From positions 1 to 58,256 of the forward strand of contig JAKSVL010000002.1 in NCBI GenBank assembly GCA_024407995.1: a stretch of DNA of 58,256 nucleotides, given 5' to 3'. Below the pieces are notes generated by a model. The model had not been told where the DNA came from. It searched no databases and worked only from the letters and a program-made list of their open reading frames with translations. A program made the translations under genes and the position numbers. Source of the stretch: Bacilli bacterium (GTDB lineage: Bacteria; Bacillota_I; Bacilli_A; RFN20; CAG-826). Shown piece after piece: positions 36,956 to 46,440 of the stretch; within the stretch, counting starts at the first letter, position 1, and the number at the start of each line of letters is the position of its first letter.

Positions 36956-38506
36956 ATGCCTATTTGGTTAGGAATTATTATTGGCATTGTGTGCTTTTTA
37001 CTTGGCGCTGGATTAATGTTTTTAGTGCCATTTATTCGTATGAATATTGCAAAAAATAACGCTAAAAAAGTTATTCGTGATGCAGAAATTAAAGCAGAAC
37101 ACATCACTAAAAATGCACAAATTGATGGCAAACAAGCAGTGAATGAATTAAAGCAAGAAGCCAATAGAGAAATTCACGAAAGAAAACAAGAATTACAACA
37201 ACAAGAAAAATCATTGCAGCAAAGAGAACAAAGCATCGATCGTCGTGATGCCGCTTTGTTAGCGAAAGAAAACACTTTAGATGAAAAGAACGAAACTCTT
37301 TCTCGTCGCTTAAAAGAAATGGATCGTAAAGAAGCTCAACTTCAAGAAAAGATTGATAGCATTATTTCTGAGCTTGAAAAGGTTGCGCAAATGTCCACTC
37401 AAGAAGCTAGAGACGAATTATTTGCTCGTGTTGAATCTAAAGTAAGCAAAGAAATCGCAGCCTTCGTCAAAACCAAAGAAGAAGAAGCAAAAGAAGAATG
37501 CGATTCCAAAGCAAAAGAATTATTAGGCTTTGCGGTATCTCGCTTTGCCCAAGAAGTTACTACAGAAAGAACTGTTTCGGTTGTCGCTTTACCAAGTGAC
37601 GAAATGAAGGGCCGTATCATTGGTCGTGAAGGTAGAAACATCCGTTCATTAGAACAACTCTTAGGTGTCGATTTAATTATTGATGACACTCCAGAAGTTA
37701 TTACTGTTTCTTGCTTCAATCCAATTAGAAGAGAAATCGCTAGATTAACTCTTGAAGCTTTAATTAAAGATGGCCGTATTCAACCAGGCCGTATTGAAGA
37801 AATCGTTGAAAAATGTAAAAAAGAAGTCGAAGAAAGTATTCATAAAGCCGGTCAAGAAGTCGCTTTCAAACTTGGTCTCCCAAGAATTAACAAAGAATTA
37901 CTCGACTATGTCGGCCGTTTAAAATACCGTACTTCTTATGGTCAAAACGCTTTAGACCACTCAGTAGAAGTTGCTTACTTATGCGGTATCATGGCAGCAG
38001 AACTTGGCTTAGATCAAAACTTAGCAAAACGTGCTGGTTTATTGCATGATGTTGGTAAAGCTGCTGACTTTGAAATGGATGGTAGCCACGTTGAAATCGG
38101 TTCCCGTCTTGCTAAAAAATATGGTGAAGGTGAAGTGGTTATCAATTCCATCGAATCACACCATGGTGATGTACCAGCAAAATACGTTATCGCCAACTTA
38201 GTCCAAGCCGCTGATACTTTAAGTGCAGCACGCCCAGGTGCTAGAAGCGAAATTTTAGAAAACTACATTAAACGTATTGAACAGCTTGAAGAAATTTGCA
38301 AATCATATGATGGTGTTTATCAATCATACGCTATGCAATCAGGCCGTGAATTACGTGTTATGGTTATTCCAGAAAAGATTGATGATGTCGGTGCTTTTGA
38401 ACTCGCAAGAGCAATCAAAGAACGCATTGAAAATGAAATGACTTATCCTGGTCAAATCAAAGTTTCAGTCATTAGAGAATACCGTGCGGTTGAAACAGCG
38501 AAATAG
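36956..38506 (+). CDS. rny: Ribonuclease Y
   Basis: N-terminal TM helix, coiled coil, KH domain ([12 protein letters not shown]) and HD domain (LLHDVGKA). Confidence 0.95.
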   Translation: MPIWLGIIIGIVCFLLGAGLMFLVPFIRMNIAKNNAKKVIRDAEIKAEHITKNAQIDGKQAVNELKQEANREIHERKQELQQQEKSLQQREQSIDRRDAALLAKENTLDEKNETLSRRLKEMDRKEAQLQEKIDSIISELEKVAQMSTQEARDELFARVESKVSKEIAAFVKTKEEEAKEECDSKAKELLGFAVSRFAQEVTTERTVSVVALPSDEMKGRIIGREGRNIRSLEQLLGVDLIIDDTPEVITVSCFNPIRREIARLTLEALIKDGRIQPGRIEEIVEKCKKEVEESIHKAGQEVAFKLGLPRINKELLDYVGRLKYRTSYGQNALDHSVEVAYLCGIMAAELGLDQNLAKRAGLLHDVGKAADFEMDGSHVEIGSRLAKKYGEGEVVINSIESHHGDVPAKYVIANLVQAADTLSAARPGARSEILENYIKRIEQLEEICKSYDGVYQSYAMQSGRELRVMVIPEKIDDVGAFELARAIKERIENEMTYPGQIKVSVIREYRAVETAK

Positions 38507-38534
38507 TAGCCCTATTTCATAGAAAGATATTATT

Positions 38535-39329
38535 TTGAAGATATTATTTATTGGGGATGTTGTTGGTCGCGTTGGTCGACGCATGCTTAAAGAAAGAATT
38601 CCATATTATGTCGATAAGTACGAAATTGATTTTGTGATTGCCAATGGAGAAAACGCTACACATGGCAAAGGCTTAAATAGAAATCATTATTTCGAACTTT
38701 TGGACTGTGGTGTGGATGTGATTACTTTAGGTAATCATTATATGAGCAAAAGCGAAATCCTTCGTTATATTGATAATGTTGATCGTCTTGTTAGACCGGT
38801 TAATTTACTAAAACCATTCCCTGGTGAAGGCAGTGTCATCTTTGATGTTAATGGTGTATCAATTAGAGTCACTAATGTCCTAGGCAGCGCTTTCATGGAT
38901 GAGCAAGTTAACGCTCCATATTATTCAGTTTTGACTGTTATTGCAGAAGAAGAACCTGCAACCATTCATATCGTTGATTTCCACGCTGAAGCCACTGGTG
39001 AAAAGCAAGCGTTAGCCTTTGCCCTCGATGGCAAAGTTTCCGCGGTTCTTGGTACGCATACTCATGTGCAGACCGCAGATGCTCATATTTTGCCTAATGG
39101 AACAGCCTTTATTAGTGATGTAGGAATGACTGGCTACGTTGATGGAGTATTGGGCTCAACAAGCGAAACAGTCGTCAATAAACTGATCTATGGCAAGACT
39201 TCAAAATTTCAAACGCCAGATGATGGACGCGGCATATTTTCCGCGGTAGTCATTGATGTTGATGAAACAACTGGACTAGCAAATAATATCTTTCCAATAT
39301 ATTATTTAGAAAAAGAACATGAAAACTAA
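38535..39329 (+). CDS. ymdB: YmdB-family metallophosphoesterase (2',3'-cyclic-nucleotide 2'-phosphodiesterase)
   Basis: MKILFIGDVVGRVGR start (TTG codon), GNH and GTHTHV motifs; rny-ymdB synteny. Confidence 0.85.
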   Translation: MKILFIGDVVGRVGRRMLKERIPYYVDKYEIDFVIANGENATHGKGLNRNHYFELLDCGVDVITLGNHYMSKSEILRYIDNVDRLVRPVNLLKPFPGEGSVIFDVNGVSIRVTNVLGSAFMDEQVNAPYYSVLTVIAEEEPATIHIVDFHAEATGEKQALAFALDGKVSAVLGTHTHVQTADAHILPNGTAFISDVGMTGYVDGVLGSTSETVVNKLIYGKTSKFQTPDDGRGIFSAVVIDVDETTGLANNIFPIYYLEKEHEN

Positions 39330-40758
39330 AATTATTAACACTCCTAATATGCTTAAAGCAGCTTCTAGAAGAAAAGAGGCTACTATTTTTGTGCCTGCTT
39401 CTTTTGACAAAAAAGATGAATTAGAAGCCCTTGTTAAAAATGAAAAATACTACATTCATACATATGGTTGCCAGGCTAATGTGAGAGATGAAGAAACAAT
39501 GAGAGGCATGTTAGAAGATGTTGGCTATGCTCAAACTGATAAGCCAGAAGATGCCAATCTAATCATTATTAATACATGCGCGGTAAGAGAAAATGCTGAA
39601 GATAAAGTTTATGGCGAAATTGGTAACTTAAAAGCGTTAAGAAAAAAGAACAAAAAGCTTATCTTGGCTATTTGTGGTTGTATGGTGGAAGAACCAGAAA
39701 TTCTTAAACATTTAATGGAGACATTTAGAGAAGTTAATCTCTATTTTGGCACCCATGAAATACCTGAACTTTATTCGCTCATCTATCAGGCTAAAACATT
39801 AGATCAAACAGTTGTGGCGATTGAAAGCAAACCTGGCGAAGTAGTGGAAATTACTTCCGCAAGAAGAAATAACGAATATAAAGCTTTTGTTAATGTTATT
39901 TATGGTTGCGATAAATTCTGTACCTACTGCATCGTTCCTTATACTAGAGGCAAAGAAAGAAGCAGACATTTTGATGATGTTCTTCGAGAATGTGAAAAGC
40001 TAATCAAATTAGGCTATCAAGAAATTACCTTATTAGGTCAAAACGTTAATGCTTATGGTAAAGATCTTGAGGAAGGAAAAGACTTCGCGGATCTTCTAGA
40101 AGCGGTCGCAAAATTAGGTATTCCACGTTTAAGATTTACCACTTCTCATCCTTGGGATTTTTCTAGCAAAATGATAGACGTCATTGCTAAATACCCTAAT
40201 ATCATGAAATTTATCCATCTTCCAGTTCAATCCGGAAACGATCGTGTGTTGAAAGCGATGGGAAGAAGATATACAAGAGAACAATATCTCGCTTTAGTTA
40301 AAGAAATGAGAGAAAAGATTCCTGGTTTATCTTTATCCACTGATATTATCGTTGGCTTCCCAAATGAAACAGATGAAGAGTTCCAAGATACCTTATCTCT
40401 TGTAGATATTGTTAAATATGAAGCCGCTTTTACTTTCATTTATTCGCCTAGAAAAGGCACACCTGCTGCAAAAATTGCTGATAACGTTTCAAAAGAAACA
40501 AAATCTGCTAGATTTATGGAATTAGTTAAGCATTTAGAAAAGAACATTGAAGTTCATAGTGCTTCTCTAGTCGGTAAAACGTTTGATGTTCTTGTCGATG
40601 GTGTAAGTAAGAACGATAAAGATATGTATTCTGGATATACCGAAGAAAATAAATTAGTCCATTTCAAAGGCTGTGAACAGCTCGTTGGAAAGATTGTTAA
40701 AGTGAAAATCACTGAATCACACACTTACTCATTAATTGGAGAAGTAGTTAATGGATAA
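39319..40758 (+). CDS. miaB: tRNA-i6A37 methylthiotransferase MiaB
   Basis: UPF0004 domain (GCQANVRDEE), radical-SAM CDKFCTYCIVPYTRG, TRAM domain. Confidence 0.9.
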   Translation: MKTKIINTPNMLKAASRRKEATIFVPASFDKKDELEALVKNEKYYIHTYGCQANVRDEETMRGMLEDVGYAQTDKPEDANLIIINTCAVRENAEDKVYGEIGNLKALRKKNKKLILAICGCMVEEPEILKHLMETFREVNLYFGTHEIPELYSLIYQAKTLDQTVVAIESKPGEVVEITSARRNNEYKAFVNVIYGCDKFCTYCIVPYTRGKERSRHFDDVLRECEKLIKLGYQEITLLGQNVNAYGKDLEEGKDFADLLEAVAKLGIPRLRFTTSHPWDFSSKMIDVIAKYPNIMKFIHLPVQSGNDRVLKAMGRRYTREQYLALVKEMREKIPGLSLSTDIIVGFPNETDEEFQDTLSLVDIVKYEAAFTFIYSPRKGTPAAKIADNVSKETKSARFMELVKHLEKNIEVHSASLVGKTFDVLVDGVSKNDKDMYSGYTEENKLVHFKGCEQLVGKIVKVKITESHTYSLIGEVVNG

Positions 40759-41026
40759 AGTGCTAGAAAAGGCTAAAGAATTGCGCCTTGCTATTGAACA
40801 AACTAGTGAGTTCCAAGAATATATGAAAAACAAGGAATTGCTAGAAAAGAGCGAGGACGTGATAGAGTTAAAGCACAATATTGCTAACTTGAAGGCTAAA
40901 GGAAAACTTCAAGAAGCTAGTAATCTAGAAAAGCTTTATCAGTCTCATCCGTTAGTTAATAATTATGAGCTAAGTAAAGATGCTTTGTATCAGCTGCTCA
41001 AAACAATCGAGTCTATTATTAAATAA
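40751..41026 (+). CDS. YlbF/YmcA-family (RicA-like) protein, short
   Basis: Helical 91-aa protein. Position after miaB matches Bacillus ymcB-ymcA. ATGGATAA overlap with the miaB stop. Confidence 0.45.
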   Translation: MDKVLEKAKELRLAIEQTSEFQEYMKNKELLEKSEDVIELKHNIANLKAKGKLQEASNLEKLYQSHPLVNNYELSKDALYQLLKTIESIIK

Positions 41027-41063
41027 ATGCGAGAAATCGCATTTTTTATGTTATCATTATTTT

Positions 41064-41948
41064 ATGTTAATCGTCATCGTGGGACCGACAGGGTCAGGTA
41101 AAACATCTTTAGCGACAACTTTATCTGATTTTTATCATGCGCCAATTATTAACGCTGATGCTTTTCAAATTTATCAAGATATGAATATTGGCACAGCAAA
41201 AATCGCTAGAAGTGATAAATATTATCAAAGGCATTATCTTTTAGATATTGTTGAACCGAGCCAGTCTTACTCAGTTAAAGAGTATCAAGAAGACTTTAGA
41301 AAAACTTATTTAGAACTAAAAAATATGTATCAAAACATCATCGTATGTGGTGGCACAGGTCTTTATATCAAAGCCGCTTTGTATGATTACTGTTTTGAAG
41401 ATGAAAAAGATAACGATGTATCTGATTTAGAAAGTCTCAGTAATGAAGAATTGTATGCTCTTCTCAAAAAAATGGATAGCAAAGCAACTGAGACTATTCA
41501 CATGAACAATCGAAAAAGAGTTATTCGTGCTATTCAAATTGCAAGGACTCACGATATTAATAAAAGTGAATCTATTGATCAGCAAGCGCATCAATTGTTT
41601 TTTAAAGATGAAACAGTTAAATTCCTTTTTTTAAATCCAAATCGCCAAGACTTATATGAAAATATCAATACACGTGTCAATCAAATGATTGAAAATGGTC
41701 TCGTGAACGAAGTTAAAGAATTACTCAATAAATATGAACTATCAAAAACTGCGCAAGCGGCAATTGGCTATAAAGAAGTTATCGAATATTTGGAAGGAAA
41801 AGACACTCTTGAAGAATGTATAGAACTCATTAAGAAGAGAACGAGAAATTATGCTAAAAGGCAAGTTACATTTTTTAGGCACCAATTACCATGCTTAGAA
41901 TTTGAAACCAAAGAAGCATTACTTAAGGAAGCGATGAAAAATGAATAA
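41064..41948 (+). CDS. miaA: tRNA dimethylallyltransferase MiaA
   Basis: MLIVIVGPTGSGKTS P-loop start. The track start at 40980 overlaps the ymcA-like gene and its hairpin. Confidence 0.9.
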   Translation: MLIVIVGPTGSGKTSLATTLSDFYHAPIINADAFQIYQDMNIGTAKIARSDKYYQRHYLLDIVEPSQSYSVKEYQEDFRKTYLELKNMYQNIIVCGGTGLYIKAALYDYCFEDEKDNDVSDLESLSNEELYALLKKMDSKATETIHMNNRKRVIRAIQIARTHDINKSESIDQQAHQLFFKDETVKFLFLNPNRQDLYENINTRVNQMIENGLVNEVKELLNKYELSKTAQAAIGYKEVIEYLEGKDTLEECIELIKKRTRNYAKRQVTFFRHQLPCLEFETKEALLKEAMKNE

Positions 41949-42618
41949 AGGAATGTTTGCACGTTCAATCGGATTATTAGGAGAAGATAACTTCAACTTA
42001 ATACAAGAAAAAGTTATTGCTGTTTTTGGCTTGGGTGGTGTTGGCGGTACCGCTCTTGAAGCATTGGCAAGAACTGGCTTCCAGTATTTCTTAATCATCG
42101 ATTTTGATAAAGTCGATGTCTCTAATTTGAACCGCCAAATTCTTTATACGAATAAAGATGTGAATAAAAACAAAGTCGATGCTGCTAAAGAAAGAATATT
42201 AGCGATTAATCCTGATGCGGATATCATTTCTTTTAATATCAAAGCTCAAGACTTTGATTTCAATCAAAAAATTGATTTTATTGTCGACGCTATTGATGAT
42301 ACGGAAGGGAAATTATTTATTCTTAAAAAAGCACAAGAATATAACATTCCTCAAATCATGTCTTTAGGTATGGCTAATAGATTTAACCCAGAAGAAGTTA
42401 AAGTAGCCAAATTAAATCAAACACATAACGATCCGCTTGCAAAAAAGATGCGCTATATGGCTAAACAAATGGCGTTAGATATCAGCCAAATTAATGTTGT
42501 TATTTCAGAGGAACTGCCACAAAAAAATGGTGAAAAACTATTTTCCACCATGATGGTACCTTCTACAAGTGGATTAATCATTGCAAAATATATTTTGAAA
42601 AGGATAATGGATAATTAA
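41941..42618 (+). CDS. tcdA: ThiF/E1-like protein, probable tRNA t6A37 dehydratase TcdA
   Basis: FGLGGVGGTALEALARTG Rossmann motif and DFDKVDVSNLNRQ. Confidence 0.65.
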   Translation: MNKGMFARSIGLLGEDNFNLIQEKVIAVFGLGGVGGTALEALARTGFQYFLIIDFDKVDVSNLNRQILYTNKDVNKNKVDAAKERILAINPDADIISFNIKAQDFDFNQKIDFIVDAIDDTEGKLFILKKAQEYNIPQIMSLGMANRFNPEEVKVAKLNQTHNDPLAKKMRYMAKQMALDISQINVVISEELPQKNGEKLFSTMMVPSTSGLIIAKYILKRIMDN

Positions 42619-42641
42619 TAAAATAATAGAGGAGGCATTTT

Positions 42642-44270
42642 ATGGGTAATATTTTCGATGTCGCAAAAATGATAAATGTTGATGAGAAGTACCTCATTCC
42701 TTTTGGCTATGACAAAGCTAAAATTTCTTTAAAAATAATGGATGAATTAAAAGATCGTCCTGATGGTAAACTGGTCTTGGTTACTGCTATCACACCAACC
42801 AAAGCAGGTGAAGGCAAAACAACCACTTCAATTGGTCTTCATGATGGCTTGCGTTATATTGGCGTGCCATCTCTTGTTTGTTTAAGAGAGCCATCCTTAG
42901 GCCCTGTCTTTGGTATTAAAGGTGGTGCTACCGGTGGTGGAAAAGCTTTAGTAGTGCCAACCGAAGACATCAACTTGCATTTCACCGGAGATATGCATGC
43001 TTTAACTAGCTCCATTAACTTAATTGCTGCTTGTATTGATAATTCTATTTGGCAAGGTAACCCATTAAATATCAACCCTGAAAGAATCCTTTGGAAAAGA
43101 GCCCTCGACATGAACGACAGAGCCTTAAGAAAAATTACCATTTCTGAAGGTGAAACAAAATGTGCTCCTCGTCAAGAAGAATTCGTTATTACAGTTGCCT
43201 CTGAAATGATGGCGATTCTCTGCTTATCTAGCGATGAAAACGATTTCATGAGACGTATTAACAACATCATCGTTGCTTATTCATTTGATGATAAACCAGT
43301 TTTCTTAAAAGATTTGAGAATTAGCCACGCTGTCATGAAATTAATGATTACTGCCTTGAATCCAAATCTCGTGCAAACTTTAGAAGGTAATCCTGCTATT
43401 ATTCATGGTGGACCATTCGCCAATATTGCTCATGGTTGTAACTCTATCATTGCTACTAAGATAGGTCTAAAATTAGCGCCAGTTGTTGTAACTGAAGCTG
43501 GATTCGGTGCTGACCTTGGTGCAGAAAAATTCTTAGATATTAAATGCCGCGTCGCAGGTCTAAAGCCAGACGCAGTTGTTGTAGTTGCTACTATCCGCGC
43601 TCTTAAGATGCACGGTGGCCAAGCGTTTGAAGAACTTGCTAACGAAAACGTTGAAGCTTTAGCTAATGGTGTTTGCAACTTAAGGAAACACATTGAAAAC
43701 GTAGAAAAATATGGTGTTCCTGCTATTGTTTGCATCAACCATTTTGCATCCGATACTGAAAAAGAAACCGCTTATTTAAGTAAATGGTGCGAAGATAACG
43801 GTTATGATTATGCCTATTGTTCAGCATTCGCTGATGGTGGAAAAGGCGCCGAAGCTTTAGCAAGAGGTGTGATGAAAATCCTTGATACCAAAAAGAGCAA
43901 TTATCATCCACTCTATGATGAAAAACTTCCAATCAAAGAAAAGATTGAAATTGTTTGTAAAGAAATTTATGGCGCAGGCAAAGTTGAATATACCGAAGCA
44001 GCCGAACAACAAATTAAAGATTTTACCGCTTTAGGTTTTGATAAAACTCCAATTTGTATCGCCAAAACCCCGCAATCATTAACTGATGATCCAAAAGTTT
44101 TGGGTGCACCAAAGGGATTTACCGTAACCATTAGAGAAGTTAGACTATCCGCAGGTGCCAACTTCATTGTGCCATTAACAGGTGCAATTATGACTATGCC
44201 TGGCTTACCAAAAGTTCCAGCAGCGGTCAAAATGGAAGATGTTCCATACGATCAAAAATTAGATCATTAA
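42642..44270 (+). CDS. fhs: Formate--tetrahydrofolate ligase
   Basis: TPTKAGEGKTTTSIGL and full-length FTHFS similarity; GGAGG SD. Confidence 0.95.
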   Translation: MGNIFDVAKMINVDEKYLIPFGYDKAKISLKIMDELKDRPDGKLVLVTAITPTKAGEGKTTTSIGLHDGLRYIGVPSLVCLREPSLGPVFGIKGGATGGGKALVVPTEDINLHFTGDMHALTSSINLIAACIDNSIWQGNPLNINPERILWKRALDMNDRALRKITISEGETKCAPRQEEFVITVASEMMAILCLSSDENDFMRRINNIIVAYSFDDKPVFLKDLRISHAVMKLMITALNPNLVQTLEGNPAIIHGGPFANIAHGCNSIIATKIGLKLAPVVVTEAGFGADLGAEKFLDIKCRVAGLKPDAVVVVATIRALKMHGGQAFEELANENVEALANGVCNLRKHIENVEKYGVPAIVCINHFASDTEKETAYLSKWCEDNGYDYAYCSAFADGGKGAEALARGVMKILDTKKSNYHPLYDEKLPIKEKIEIVCKEIYGAGKVEYTEAAEQQIKDFTALGFDKTPICIAKTPQSLTDDPKVLGAPKGFTVTIREVRLSAGANFIVPLTGAIMTMPGLPKVPAAVKMEDVPYDQKLDH

Positions 44271-44283
44271 AACTTTTTTAGGA

Positions 44284-44328
44284 AAAAATATGAAAATTCC
44301 CCCTATTAGTAAGTAGAGGGGATTTTTT
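44284..44328 (+). promoter_or_regulatory. Candidate attenuator: 8-codon uORF (MKIPPISK, 44290..44316) embedded in a hairpin + T6 that also contains the SD of the next gene
   Basis: AGGA-N7-ATG AAA ATT CCC CCT ATT AGT AAG TAG. Left arm TCCCCCT (44298-44304), right arm AGAGGGGA (44315-44322), T6 (44323-44328), then the ATG at 44329. Confidence 0.4.
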
Positions 44329-46440
44329 ATGAGCCTAATTGAGTTACACAAAATATCGCGTTTCTACCGTATTGGAAAAAATGATGAAAAATATGTTTTA
44401 AGAGACATAACCTTGTCTTTTCCTTCACACGGGTTAGTTAGTATCCTTGGCAAATCAGGATGCGGTAAATCAACGTTACTAAACATTATTGGAAAGATTG
44501 ATAAGCCGAGCGAAGGAACAGTTTATTTTGATAAGGAAGATATTTCAAAATTTAATGAAAAGAAAACTGCAAGATTTCGCAGCCACGCAATAAGTTATAT
44601 TTTTCAACATTATCATTTGTTTGAAAATCAAACTGCTATATATAACGTTATGTTACCTGCCTTAATCAGCGGTGATAGTTATAAAGTTGCTTATTCAAAG
44701 GCGGAGAAATTATTAAAAAGCTTTTCAATCAAGCCAAGTCTATATGACAAAAGATGCGCTGACTTATCAGGTGGTGAAAAAGAAAGAATCGCTATCTTAA
44801 GAGCATTCATTAATAAACCACGTGTCATATTAGCGGATGAACCGACGGGAGCATTAGATAAAAACAATGCTCATTTGGCTATGAATGCTTTAAAGAAAAT
44901 AAGTAAAACATCACTGGTCATTATGGTTACCCATAGTGAGTCACTAGCGAACCAATATAGCGATCGCATTATTAAAATGAGCGATGGCAAAATTATCAAA
45001 GACCAAAAGATAAATAATTTGTTTGATAAAAGTGATTATCACTTACCAAAAAAGATTAAACTCGGAAATAATTGGCTCAACAAAATTGTGGCCTCGAACT
45101 TTGCCAAGCGTTTTAAAAGAAACATCTTTTCCATTAGTGCTTTAGTCGTTGGTTTGGTGGCAACAATGCTGATTATCGGCTTTGTAAATGGGAAAGATGC
45201 TTCCATCACTAAATCAATGGAAAATCAGTTTGATTATGGGACAGCTTCTATTAGTAAAGAGAACCGCCTCTTTAGTGCAGATTCACCAATTACACTTATT
45301 CAAACAATGCGTCCAAATGAAGAAGAAAGACAAGAAATAAAGGAGAAGTGTATTGATTTCAATGTCTGTTATTCTTATGATGCATTAGTTTCATCTATGC
45401 CAACAATTGCTATCAATGATGAAGAAATAGAAGGCCTTTCCTATCTTCCTATTTATTCATTTGTAGATAATTCTACTAATCATTCTTTATTGATAAAAGG
45501 CAAGATTCCAACGTTTGATACTCTTAATCAAGTGGTGATAAATCAGCACGCGTATCAACTATTAAATAAGACTTTAAAATTTGATAGTTTAAACTCATAT
45601 TTAAGAATCAAAGATCAACAAAAATATTCTTTTCAAACTGATGATCCAGAAAAGCCATATGTTGATGATTATTTTGTTTTCGACCGTCTCGTACAAGTAG
45701 TAGGAATAGTGAAAGAAATAAACTTTTTAAACACCCCAAAAATTTATTACTCGCATCTGGCAATGGAGAAAGATATAAACGAAATGATTCTCAATAATTT
45801 GTCTTTGTATAAGGGTGATACTTCATGGAAAGATGTTGTTATTGATTCATTAGATAATTCGCCTTTATCTAGTTATTCTTGCCGTTTATTCTTAAAAGAT
45901 TTTTCGCATCTTTCTTCACTACAATCTATTGATGAAAAACTAGGTGATAGTTTCTCTATAACTTGTAACGGCTTAACTGTTGAAGAAACACTCTTTTCTT
46001 TAGTGGATGCTGCTAGCATTGGCATGGAAGTATTTTTAGGTATTGCCATTATTGGGATTACGATGATATTGGGTATTATTTCATTTGCTTCCTATAACGA
46101 AGACATAAAAGATTCTGCTATTTTACTTTGCTATGGCGCTAGACGAGATGATATAGCATCAATATATGTTTCTGAAAGCTTAATTTTAGGATTAATCAGT
46201 GTTGTTATTTCTTTCTTATTAGGAATTTTGTTAACAAGGCCTGTCAATCTTTTGATTGAACATTTCACTTCGTTAATAGATTGCATCAATATTCCACTTT
46301 CTAGATTCCTTAATCGTCCGTTTTTATTTCCTTTTCTCATCGTGGGAGTCACGATGATTGTTTGCCTTTTGGCGACATATTTACCAATTGGATTTAGCAA
46401 AAAGATTTCATTAAAGGAGGAATTGAAAGCCAATGATTAA
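44329..46440 (+). CDS. Fused ABC ATPase + MacB/FtsX-type permease (type VII ABC), 703 aa
   Basis: GKSGCGKST, LSGGEKERIAILRAF, VILADEPTGALD. TM1 at ~aa 265, a ~270-aa extracytoplasmic domain, then three C-terminal FtsX-like helices. Confidence 0.85.
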   Translation: MSLIELHKISRFYRIGKNDEKYVLRDITLSFPSHGLVSILGKSGCGKSTLLNIIGKIDKPSEGTVYFDKEDISKFNEKKTARFRSHAISYIFQHYHLFENQTAIYNVMLPALISGDSYKVAYSKAEKLLKSFSIKPSLYDKRCADLSGGEKERIAILRAFINKPRVILADEPTGALDKNNAHLAMNALKKISKTSLVIMVTHSESLANQYSDRIIKMSDGKIIKDQKINNLFDKSDYHLPKKIKLGNNWLNKIVASNFAKRFKRNIFSISALVVGLVATMLIIGFVNGKDASITKSMENQFDYGTASISKENRLFSADSPITLIQTMRPNEEERQEIKEKCIDFNVCYSYDALVSSMPTIAINDEEIEGLSYLPIYSFVDNSTNHSLLIKGKIPTFDTLNQVVINQHAYQLLNKTLKFDSLNSYLRIKDQQKYSFQTDDPEKPYVDDYFVFDRLVQVVGIVKEINFLNTPKIYYSHLAMEKDINEMILNNLSLYKGDTSWKDVVIDSLDNSPLSSYSCRLFLKDFSHLSSLQSIDEKLGDSFSITCNGLTVEETLFSLVDAASIGMEVFLGIAIIGITMILGIISFASYNEDIKDSAILLCYGARRDDIASIYVSESLILGLISVVISFLLGILLTRPVNLLIEHFTSLIDCINIPLSRFLNRPFLFPFLIVGVTMIVCLLATYLPIGFSKKISLKEELKAND

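Noticed and set aside
36874-37059. 61-aa plus-strand ORF in the recA-rny gap.
   Set aside because: It overlaps the rny start out of frame. It has no SD and an aromatic-rich nonsense composition.
40321-40345. DnaA-box-like TTATCCAC.
   Set aside because: It is a single occurrence inside the miaB coding sequence. There is no cluster and no AT-rich unwinding element.
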